Assembly: GCA_002633005.1 (NCBI GenBank)
Contig: NMRA01000412.1
Coordinates: forward strand, 138,614-202,613
DNA from: Phoronis australis
Lineage: Eukaryota > Animalia > Phoronida
Direction: 5' to 3'
DNA length: 64,000 nt
A program made the position numbers and the translations under genes. This document shows, in pieces, positions 53,301 through 64,000 of the stretch. The number at the start of each line of letters is the position of its first letter. Within the stretch, counting starts at the first letter, position 1. The notes beneath the pieces are model-generated. The model was not told where the DNA came from. It was given only the letters and a program-made list of their open reading frames with translations, and searched no databases.

Positions 53301-54197
53301 AAGTATTATTTCTGTTGTCATTCATATTTTCCGTATCGATTTTCTTTTTTGTTGAGTCCCATATAGTTAAAGTTATTTCACCGTACACAATAATGATGGT
53401 AGTAATACCCCAAAGTAGATACACGCATTGTGTATTTATTACCATACCTCAAATTCCCATGAATAGGTCTTTTCATGAATGTATACGTTTTACGTGTTTA
53501 GTTGCAGTGAACAAAGTCCTCAATTATCTTGGTGCTATTTCCATCATACTAGAGCATAGAGTCGATTGCTGTACAAACAGTTAGAATTGTGACAAAGAGG
53601 AAGCGCAGTTAGATTGGCGTGAAGAATACAACAGCTTCTGGGGAACACGTGCCACACAGTGTTCGACCTTCAGCAGATAAAGGTGCTGGCCCCCTGTGTC
53701 AGTTACTTGAATATGAGACCACATCCACATAGGGCCTATATGTGAAAGTTTACTGGCCCCGCCTTTAATCCACTGGTCCCGGGCCACCGTGTATTTCGAA
53801 CGCTGGTCTCACACTGTATTTTCTTCCAGCAAATGAAGTCTAACCACATGCCTCTTTCAACATATCCAGTACTTGACCTTGTTTTCCACGCACATATTCA
53901 AATGATGTTCGATTGGGTTCATGGAGAATTAAACTTCGTAGGTTGTAAAGTTCAACGACCTTCGCCCAATAAAATTCTTTGCTCCCTCTTAAGTTTTCCG
54001 ATTATGAAAATGAAGTTTTCAACCAATAATCGAGATTTTTAAATAACTATTTACAATAAGGTATTTCCAATCTTGAGTTCTTTTTTCGTAGTAACCGGTA
54101 CCTGTAAAAGAGAAAAGAAAAATAAGGATCAAATATACTTGGGAGCCATTTTGATACATCAATGTTCTCCACGACCAACATGACTGCTCCAACAGGG

Positions 54198-54330
54198 TAG
54201 AGTTCAGAAATGCTAGGACCTCACAAAAATCTAGCCAAAATCACGTGTTCTCATTTGAAATACACTGCAACATCTCACGTAATCTTGCGAAGTCTTGCTT
54301 TTCAGCTAAGTTCAAGCGTTACTGAACTCA
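54198..54330. mobile_element. MITE-like repeat, same family as 7102-7227
   Basis: GAGTTCAG..CTGAACTC ends; shared interior. Confidence 0.6.
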
Positions 54331-55373
54331 GGGTAGGCTATGCCGATGCTTCCATCACAGGTTTGAGAAACCTGCAACATACAGGCTTTTTGCCGTAACA
54401 AAAAATGCCTGCCAGGTCGAGTCCAGTTACGTATTTCTGACAGGTTTGGATTTTCACTGACTATTATGTGGCATGACAGACATACATGTAACAACATGAA
54501 GGTGTCACACATGAAGATACGAACTTGAAAAGTTTTAACCATTAAAAGAAAGTACCCACGGGATTATGTCATTCACTACCAGTCCAATGTGGGAAAAGGT
54601 TGACCAAATGAACATTAACACCTGACCTCATGCGAGAAACCCCGAATACTTGAAACTGTCTTTGAACTTCCCCCAAACTGGATTCAAATAGTAAATCTTG
54701 ACCTTAAGCTTCATTTTCACTCTCGGAAATAGACGGAACTATAACTAATATTTTTCATCTACACATTCCGTATTTCTCCGTATTTCGGAACCCACAGCAG
54801 GAGCTTCTGATTTTACTTTTATAATGCTTAAAGAATGTTTTAGTGGTGCATCTCGTTAGGCGTCTGATATTGTGAAATTCATAAAATAGTATCACCCAAA
54901 TTAAAGGTTAATATCATATTCTAAACGCTCAAACCGAGTAACGTGTTCAGGTCTAAAGTGTGACCCTTTCTAGCGAAAATTTGTTTATGCACGGGTACCC
55001 GGCCAAGATTCCGGTCACTGCGTCCACGTGCATTGGCACTTAAAGGCGAAGACAACCTTTTTCATGTCATTTTGAGCAAAAATAAGGTTCGTTGATTATC
55101 CCAAACACATTTTTCATTAAATTACAGCTTTTCGTAATTTCATTAATTACTCGTCCTCTACTCCGGATGTGACGTTTTGGGAGGCAAGAATTTCGCGCCA
55201 ATTTGGTTCTGTGTTGAGTTTACTGTGAGGATCTGTACTACTTTTGTTGTCGTGCCATTTTTTTATAGTTGTCATCACCACTTCCCATCGATGAGTATTT
55301 TACGACAAGCTAGGTTGTTAGAGAACTCAATTACGTTGGATTTAGGGGTTGTTTAGTTTGTGTTAATCTGAAA

Positions 55374-55530
55374 ATGGCTAGAGTCGGCGACCCATATCAT
55401 AGTGACAGTAGAGTAGTAATGCGTGTGAGTAGCGGAGGCATTGTTCATAGCAGTGGTGACGAGGAATTTTTTCACGGACAGTCAGTGGTTGGGTTTATGT
55501 TTGAGCCCGAGTATGGTCAGGCAGAGTACC
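55374..55530 (+). pseudogene. N-terminal remnant of the second Kolobok gene (KolX-like)
   Basis: ATG-initiated ORF pointing inward from the left end; GFMFEPEY motif also seen in family B; fused to the antisense transposase remnant. Confidence 0.5.
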
Positions 55531-55816
55531 CACAGGCACAACTGTCTTACCTGCCCGAGTGCTCCGCGACACGCTACCACTGAACATCCAAACTGCTAAC
55601 ATCACGCCGTGTGACCCTCTCGCCACTTTCTAGATAGCTACAATACTTCAAACAAGTCCACAATAAACTTATCGAAGTTTGGCTCACCGATCTTTTCATT
55701 GGACGACGAATTGTAATCTTCACTGGGTATCGAAGTGGCCTGTATGACATGTACTTCCACTACTCAACATCGCTGCAGAGCTGCTTACAGGCTCTGGGCT
55801 CGAGACAACAGCACAG

Positions 55817-55975
55817 CAGTGCTGTAGTGATAAAATTAGAGGTAAATAGGCGCCTAAAGCCCACCATATCACCTTGAGCACGGCTGTACGTAACTTACGG
55901 TGCGTAGGCGCTACGTTCAAATGCCAAAAGGTGGTTGGCTGCGCCTACGTGCGCCTACGTCCCACCACAGCACTG
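55817..55975. mobile_element. hAT MITE nested in the Kolobok element
   Basis: TIRs CAGTGCTGTAGTG / CACCACAGCACTG; 8-bp TSD CAGCACAG; empty site at about 37516-37523. Confidence 0.92.
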
Positions 55976-56116
55976 CAGCACAGGGCGAATCACTTCTAGT
56001 TACCGGAATTGCATGCTCTGGGGGTACGTTTGGAGGCAACGATGACAGTAGATGAAGTGCCTCCAGCCACTGTAGTGGCCATAGCTCGCGAGGCTTCTCG
56101 GTTTTAAACGCACTTC

Positions 56117-56450
56117 TCACTTCAAAAAACGCACTTCTCGGGGGTGGTGACGGGCACTGCCAGGAATCAACAGCGACGGTATGGCACCTTTCTTCACGCG
56201 TTGTTTCACAGGGACCTTCGTCAATTTAGCGTACATATCTCTCTCGTAATCGAACGATATAAAATGCTTGCCACACACTCGGTAACCCTCCACTGCTTTG
56301 AACGTTGCGTAGACGGGTAACGGTGCATTACCCAAACGAGCCAAGTACTGACGGCGAAGTGTGTCATCCTCCGGAAAGCGATGCAAAGCCGGATTCCCAA
56401 AACGCGCTTGAGACGACAATGAGTACACCCCGGTACGCAGCACCTGTGTT
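56117..56450 (-). pseudogene. THAP zinc-finger domain; start codon lost and one frameshift
   Basis: RCCVPGCTHCR / LHRFPEDDTLRRQY...YRVCGKHFISFDY...VKKGAIPSL contains all THAP signature motifs. Confidence 0.9.
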
Positions 56451-57683
56451 GACTGACTCGTAAACAAAAACAAACAACGACCCAACACATCACAACTAAG
56501 GTAGAACAATGACAGACCATATGAACAGAAATTGGCTCGAAATTCTTGCTTCCCAAAACGTTACTACCGTTGTAGAGAATGGGCAATTAATTAAATTACA
56601 AAAAGCTGTGATTAAGTGAAAAAGATATCTAGGATAATCAACGAACCTTATTTTTGCTGAAAATGACATGAAAAAAGGTTGCCTTCACCTTTAACTTAAT
56701 GCGAAATTGGCGGCGACCACTGAGGGAGAGGTGGTGAATTACGTAATGACGGTAGGGAGAATTCTGACTTAGGGGGAATTTTTTGGTTTCGACGGGGCAG
56801 GGGATGCAAGTGGAATCGACCGGGAAGAATGGGAATTAAATTGGTGTCGACTTCGGAGCGAATGTCGGTGGAGGCGGAGACGGCATTGGAGTTGACCGGG
56901 TAGGGATAGGCTTACATTTGTTTGGCCCACCCCCACTAATGAAAAACTTACTGTGCCTTTCTGAACCGCGGACAAGAGTGGCTTCTTTTGGCCGTCACAC
57001 TGACTTAAGTTCAACATTTTGACGTAAGCGTCACTAAATGCGCTCAATTATAAATTTGTTTGTGTCAGTTTGTTTTAGCCGTGGAGTTTCATCTCAGGTT
57101 ACAAAGAGTTATTTTCGCCTCCTATACAACGTGCCGCATATCATTGGGATCGATGCTTAAACCCCGTATAAATGTGCAAAATCCCCTCAATCGGATGTGA
57201 GGGGTTTCCGGAAATACACGAGTCTATAGGTAGTTCGATCGATTTTAGCATGGATAGCGCGTGCACATTGGCGTGGTAGAGATCTAGTTGAAGTAGACAT
57301 TGCGTGACTTCACAATTCTTATAAAATAGCGAGTAAATGGTGGAAACAGCGCTTGATAACGAATTAATGGCACTAGTACATGTACATGTACGTGAATATT
57401 GTGGGCTTGTTTGGAGACAGAAACATTTATGAATTAAGCTATTATTCTTATGTCCACTTCTTGGTTCCTGGCGTGTCGGTCGTTTTCATTGCTAATTCAC
57501 TTTGTTTTCTTGAGTATGTGATATGTATGGTTTCCTCACCTATTCCTACTGATGTTCGCTTAACCATTTGTTTATTTAGTACAGGGGACTTTTTTATTAG
57601 CGGTGCATAACCTTTAGAAGGCCTCCTACTTGAAATCGAATTATTTAATCATTGTATTATTATAACTTAACGTAAATAAAGGT

Positions 57684-57686
<3 letters not shown>

Positions 57687-57736
<50 letters not shown>

Positions 57737-57749
57737 CCTCCCTCTCTCT
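57687..57749. repeat. (CT)n microsatellite
   Basis: Direct reading. Confidence 0.95.
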
Positions 57750-57898
57750 GATAAATGATGCGACAAATTAGACAGCTTTCATACCAGTCACACAATCAGA
57801 GATGAANCTCTCCCTCTCTATCTCTAGACCCTCGACTTCGCTGGTCAGTTGATGCCTGAGGGATTAGTGATGGTAATAATTTGCGATTGAAATAATAT

Positions 57899-60800
57899 TA
57901 AGGCACTACAGGCAAAAATTTAAAGATGTTTGTGTTTTCTTTGTATCTAGGGGTAACTAACATTCTAAAAATTGAGCTTGCGGTTGATTCGTGAAAACGT
58001 GGCTCATCTCGCAAATTACCAAATACTGATTAATATCATTGACACGTTTAAATGCGCTCAAAAACTGAGCGCACGCCATTTAGTTGAGTCTAAAAATGTT
58101 TCCCCGTGCATCCTCCGGACTTCAACTCCAAAGCTGCATTTTTGCAAAGAGAAATAAGTGTGAAAACCGAAAAAAAATGTTAAAAAGCCAAAAAAGTGTC
58201 CCACATGCGCTTTTTATGTAAATTAGTGCCGCCATTACCGATTTTTTGTTATTTGATGATATCGGACTTTGTTTTCCTGTAATTGAACAAATCAAGTGTG
58301 AAAACTGATATTTTGAGGGTCAAGCATTACGAAGGAATAATTTTCTTCATAATCTATTGCATCTGATTTGCATGATGCGATTACTTACAATCGATAATAC
58401 ACTGAAGGTGTACATAAGCTAATATAAACACTAAAGTAATGTGCAATTTTCAGTGCTTATATAATCAGCTTTTAAAACCTAACTTCAACGGAATTTTGTT
58501 ATTTTAGATGTATTAGGCTAACCAGATACATGTAGTCCTAGAAAAGCCTTAGTAAAATAAGAGAACGCGAGTTCAATCACGCAAGTGTAACCCCTTCAAA
58601 TGATAAGTGAAGATGGTTTTCGAGCCATGTTGCGTCACAGCGAGATCCCAGCACAAGCAACAAAAGGTTGTATTGAATAGGGGTCTGAATAATAAACCAT
58701 TGCGTGCGGGTGATTTTCGCAGCTGTTTGAGTTAAAACTGAGGTGATTCTCGCGGTGACGTAGACAAAAGCAAGCCAATACGCCTAAAAGTTCGTTACAT
58801 TTGGCAGTTTATGGCACTAGTGGGCACAGAGCGATGCTCTTAACATACTGTAGGAACCAAATTTACATGTGTTACCGTATTTCAACATTTTTTATATTTC
58901 AAGGAAAAATGCAGGGGATTGATAGGAGAAATGTGGGCAGTCATTAGGTGCTTCATGTCATGATCGCTTTCCGTGAAACTACCTTACAACTAGTTACTTT
59001 CCTCTTCCAATTCACAAACATTGATGAGCAAGATATCAATCAGTGAGTTTGGTAAGATAGGACAACACGGCAACACAGATTCTAACACTTCTTCGTCGGT
59101 CCGTATCCACCCTTGTCCTTCGTCATAAGGTTTTTGCTGTTCAATTACGAGTTCGCATGCGTACTTGTACAAAGGGACGCGGTGATTTACTCGTTGGATG
59201 AGAGGTTTCCGTGCAGCCAGGCAGGGGGAAGTCGAGCAAGGTCAACCTTTGACTTGTAGGTGAGAATTTCATCTTTACCAACCATATTGCGCAACATCGT
59301 GGTACGAGTAGCACCTATCCATTACCCATGACTCATACAAGAAGCAGGTGAACTCCTCCATCCCTTTCAAAACTTCAAAACCTACAACCCAATCAACGCC
59401 AAGTTGCACGAATGCTCGGCAACTTTTTGGATTCTTTTGCAGCTTTTTAAGGGGCTAGCCTTTCATTCACCTGGTACGATCTTCTCCAGCATATATGTAT
59501 AAAATCCAAGTACAGTTTCACAGTAACATTTTCCCAAGGATTTTGGCCAGGTCGGAGAGATTCAGTAGTCACCGAAGTTTTCCAAACGCTGTATCTAGAT
59601 AGACCAATCAACTTTATGGCATAAGTATGATGCAACAGAATTACAAAGAAGAATTCAGTGTAAGGGGTTCTGACGCGGCGTTTCTGTACCCAACTGAGAC
59701 AACGTACTGGAGGTTCAAAACAATTCTTGTCTCTCTTCTTGATTGCTGTAGATATGTGGGTGCTCCTAAATATGAACCTGAAACATCAGATTAATTTATT
59801 GTATGACACTGCAGATTAAAGTAAGAAATACTCAGAAAATTTTGTTCAAAAAAAAAAAAAAAAGATTGTGGACTTTCCTCACCATCGAATGTAACACGTT
59901 CATGGGCTTTTCCGTCTACAATCAGGATGACCATCTCGCTCTTCTCCAACATGGAAACTGCCTTCTCACTACTCCAGACTTACAGTAATAGTTGACAGAG
60001 TTGCGTTTTGTTGTCATCGTTTGCAAGAATGGTTTTGCAGTCGTATGGTTTTCGTGTATGTTGTCCACCCACGATTATGTTCTCTGAACTGCCACGGTTG
60101 CAACCGTTCCTGGACTTTAATAGATTCAGAGAGATGGCTGACAGTTGAGAACAAGAAGTGCTTCTTCGACGCCATCGTACTTGTAAATAGATCTCTCCAC
60201 ATATTGAATTGAGATTAGCCAACGTGCGGAGAAGTGTCATGCCATCTTGGATGAATAGAGCATCCTGATGATAATGAAAGTCTTCTGGAGCAATCTCGTC
60301 CAGAAGATAATGCAAAAAGGAGGCTGTGTTGGTCTTGAAAAAGGCCATCTGTTGTTCCACGATGGAGCTTCTACTTGGAGATTTCGTTGTCGGTTGCGAC
60401 ATGCACTGTTTTATCTTTGGAAGTTTCAAAACCAGGCTTGACCTCTTTAATCACGATTCATCAAGCACTGTTGACGATGTTGCTGCCCTGTATATTCGTG
60501 TCCATTTTATTCGAATTGTCTCACAATGGGATACACTGTACATTGTCACCCTTCCTTTGTGAGTTGATGAGTTGACACATTCCCCATCACGTTTGCCAAA
60601 GCGGTTTCAAAATCTAAGACTAAGTCATAGCTCTTTGAGTGACTCGGCCAGTTTGTGCTACATAGTAGTGAGGTGCTTGCTTCGAACAATTTTCTGATGT
60701 TCACACAAAAAAGTACATGGTTTGACGGTAACTTCCACTTTCCGTATGTGATATCTTGTCCAATAAAGGAAATCGTTCTCTTAAATTTTTCACCCCGGTC

Positions 60801-62160
60801 ATCAACAAACGAAGAAATCGAATGAGTTCTGGAGGCAAAAGCTTTACAATATCCAGTTCCATATAATGGGCTGTTAATAACCACGCTAGATCTGAAGACT
60901 GTTTGCATGCCTTCCAGTTGTCATCTTAAAGAGTGAGTGCGGTTTTCAGACGTTTACCTGTACTTTCTAAAAAACGCTTGTGCCAAAGCACATGAAAGGT
61001 TATACTTGATCTGTGAAGCAGCCAAAACGATAGTGTCACCTTTGTCAATTTTTGTGAAGATAACTTGGTTTCGCAATGGACCTTTTTGAAACGATTCTAT
61101 AGTTTCTCAGAACGGTACCTAAGATTCCCATGCCCGTTCCGTTTTAGTTCCGCAACGTACAGCAAACGGAAGGAGGAGACTTTGATGACATCATTTTGTT
61201 GGACGATATGAGTGTTAAGCTGCGGTAGTTTTTTTGCATTCCTGTTCCTCTCACATTGCGTAATGCTGTAAAATTGACATGTTCACTTACAGAATCTAAA
61301 TGAAGAATGCATACGGGTAGAGACTGATCTTTGGCTTCAGTTGATAAGCTTCGATCTCATTTTGTTTTAGACATGATTTTTACATCTGCCTAGACAGCTG
61401 CCTTAATTTTGATTGCAGTCCGATTTCCCTGTACCCCACATTGGATTCGCTCTGACTGACATGTCAACAACCGATATGTATATTTTTATGTTAGTTTGTA
61501 TTCAAGAGGTTTTTACGTCAAAAGCTGATTTAAAGCTTCGATGTGTTATCATGTCACTGTCTTAGAAATAATGTTTCTCTTTTTAAAAGATGAGAAACAT
61601 TGTTTCATTTATTGAACCTGAAATATATTTTCGTTAGGCTGCAACCTTAACATAACGTCGTAGTTTGTTTTCATTTATACCGTCAACATCAAAGTCCTGA
61701 ATTTGTAAAAAAATAGTGGATTATCATGCCCCACACAACATTTCAGTTCCATAAGTTGAGTGTTTTGTATATGTAAGATAACTTTAACCACTTACTTGTA
61801 GCTCTAATGTAATGTTTGACCCACAAAACAGAAGCCCAGACATTTAGCTTTTTCAATATATGAAATAGTCGGGGAGATAAGGCAAAGTATAGCAAAATCG
61901 GTAATGGTGGCACTAATTTGCATAAAAAGTATGCGTAGAACATTTTTTCGACTTGCTAACATCATTTTTCCGTTTTCACAACTTTGAAGTTGAAGTCCGG
62001 GTGGGGTGCACGGGGGCCATTTTTCGATTAGACTAATGGTCAGAAATAAAAGCTATTGCGTGACCATCCTGAATATGCGGCAAAGGCATCACGATAACCT
62101 GTTGGCATTCTCATAGATGATAGGCCAGTGTTTATGTACACTCGGCAACTTACTAACCTA
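57899..62160 (-). mobile_element. Degraded Academ-like DNA transposon; ends approximate
   Basis: Diverged inverted repeats 58076-58250 and 61891-62040 flank a fragmented minus-strand coding relic. Confidence 0.6.
58990..61100 (-). pseudogene. Fragmented Academ-type transposase / XPG-like nuclease protein
   Basis: Pieces: SFIGQDITYGKWKLP..HV; SYDLVLDFETALA; FFKTNTASFLHYL..LFIQDGMTLL; RKPYD..LANDDNKTQLCQLLL; KSKVDLARLPPC..IQRVNHRV..KPYDEGQGW..PILPNSLIDIL; many stops and frameshifts. Confidence 0.7.
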
Positions 62161-63545
62161 TCATAGCTTACAGAAAATGCAAGCATCTGAAGTTATTGTT
62201 CGATGAGGTCGGCACAGGATTCAAAACTTATGGGATTGAAATCACTGCTTACTATCCACTGTCAGCAAATATTTTTTCAATCTAACGTGCTTAGTTCAGT
62301 GGAACGCCGATCGGCATATCAAAAGCATGTGACCAAATCTATGCTAAAAATTCTGTCTCAGTGGCCATTAAACGTTACAATGCGCATGCTTGACGTTCCT
62401 GATTTTACTGTAATCTTCCGCAAGCAAAATCGCGTCAGTAAAAAGACGGCGGCGCATGTCTTCGTCTTTCCTTACTTTCTAATTTCCTGTTAAATGTAGA
62501 AAAACATTTGGTCGAAAACACTCAAAGACTTGTGGGTATACATGTATGTTCGTTATTATTCAGAAATGACCTTTTTAGACGTCTTTCCTGTCACTTTTTA
62601 CACAAGAATCTATGAATGATTCGAACGCGCCTGGATGGCCATCAGTGTTCTCTTCTCGCTAGAGGTTTAATTCAACAACTGGGAGATTATTCGGGACTTT
62701 TCCAGTTAAAGGCATTGTGGATAGATTCTTACTGTGGTAGACGCGTTTACATTTGTATGTGTGAAAACACTACGATCCAAGAAATGTCTTTTTGATCCAA
62801 TTACACAGTTTGCGCTAACGCATAAGGTGTCATCCACACATGAATGCGTTTATGACCTACATGTATAACGACTTCAGATGGACATCAGTAATGATTAATG
62901 AACAAGTATCTGTGTTTTCAGAAATTGTATTTATTAATCGTTTTTGAGATGTAATAATTGGGGTGTTGTTCTCTCCGGCTACAAAGCTTACTTCTCATCT
63001 GTCTGCACTAGTGTTAAGACGCTATTTCTAGAAGAGAACTTTAAGTGTTACTATCTTTCCACCGATTGTTTTGTGTTGATTTCATGTTTACTCAGTCCCG
63101 CTCTTTGAAAAAATTTGTTTCCGTGTGCCTGTATAAAACGAAAAACAAAATTAGAAGATTGGCGAATAAGAGTTTGATTCTGCAAGAAAACAATCCAAAC
63201 GTAATAAGGTAAAAGACAACATTGTGACTACTGTTATATATCTGGATGTTATTTTTGCATAAGTAACATTTTATGTTCTTGGTTACTCTTTGGCATGTGC
63301 CTCCTGCACAAACGTTCCTCTGTAAAATCTAGTTAGTTCAAGGAGGTATTTATTACTTATACAGTGGTAGAGCTGGGGTTGGTATGACACCTTGCTGCAC
63401 TTGTTTCAACTTTAGTCACCAGGTGGCAGTGCTGTATTGAAAAACTGGTAGCATCAGAGACAGAGACCCGGCGTAGAGCGTCTTTGGTAGCATGCACTTT
63501 TGTGTTAAAAAGTCCAATGTGTAGTAACTGCTGAGGAACAGTTTA

Positions 63546-63710
63546 CAGTGGCGGATTTAAAGGGGGGCCAAGGGGGCCATGGTCCCCCTAAAATTCTCAC
63601 AGATTCCATTTGGCAGTACGGGGGTGGGAATGTCTGACGGGCAAAATCCTGGCTAATACTTTATATTCTGCCCTGGCTCCCCCTAACTCAAAATCCTGGA
63701 TCCGCCCCTG
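63546..63710. mobile_element. hAT-type MITE with 5-bp TSD
   Basis: TIRs CAGTGGCGGAT / ATCCGCCCCTG; TSD GTTTA on both sides. Confidence 0.85.
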
Positions 63711-63759
63711 GTTTATGCTGGGGGGTTGGCCGAGTAGTAATTGCTGAAATGAGTTCTGA

Positions 63760-63999
63760 CTATTCTGTGGTTACCAAGTGTAATACTTGAGATTGTGGAT
63801 GGCAAATTACCCTGGGAACACTACTGTAGTCACCGCGTGCAGCCACACGGAAGACCACGTGCGTTGAACCATCTGTTCCTGGAGACTGTTGACACGCCAT
63901 GCACAGTTTCACCACTGGACACTGCCGAACTATTTGTTCACTCGGAACTCCATAAACTCTCGAAGGTTCATAATTCACATTCAAGTTGCTGAGTACAGT
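63760..63999 (-). CDS. Possible terminal exon of an unidentified gene that continues beyond the window
   Basis: Frame open from the window edge to TAG at 63760 (TVLSNLNVNYEPSRVYG...QVLHLVTTE*); protein-like composition, no recognised motif. Confidence 0.25.
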   Translation of the reverse strand, partial: TVLSNLNVNYEPSRVYGVPSEQIVRQCPVVKLCMACQQSPGTDGSTHVVFRVAARGDYSSVPRVICHPQSQVLHLVTTE

Positions 64000-64000
64000 T

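Larger units (their letters stand above)
55044..56690 (-). mobile_element. Kolobok-type non-autonomous element, family A, with two different ends
   Basis: TTAA flanks at 55040-55043 and 56691-56694; about 160-bp TIRs; THAP on the minus strand; convergent ORF 55374-55583 with SSGDEEFF..VVGFMFEPEY. Confidence 0.9.

Overview
AT-rich (roughly 38% GC by eye) animal genomic DNA, probably a marine invertebrate. The ORF track is mostly noise because the genes are spliced. Bases 1-20 kb hold two convergent spliced genes that I reconstructed by hand. One is the 3' half of CDC45 (+, 8 exons, 561-6543). The other is a divergent HIRIP3-like histone-chaperone gene (-, at least 5 coding exons, about 18395-10400), apparently with two consecutive GC-AG introns. 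Bases 20-63 kb are gene-poor and full of DNA-transposon relics: hAT-type elements with 5- and 8-bp TSDs, a LINE ORF1 fragment, an LTR, a degraded Academ-like transposase, and four Kolobok-type (TTAA-flanked, THAP-encoding) deletion derivatives from two families. The most striking structures are Kolobok fold-backs. One is a 3.36-kb palindrome of two inverted complete elements sharing one central TTAA (39282-42640). The other is a 1.3-kb element built from two copies of the same THAP-side end (36912-38217). All family assignments come from motif recall, not database searches.
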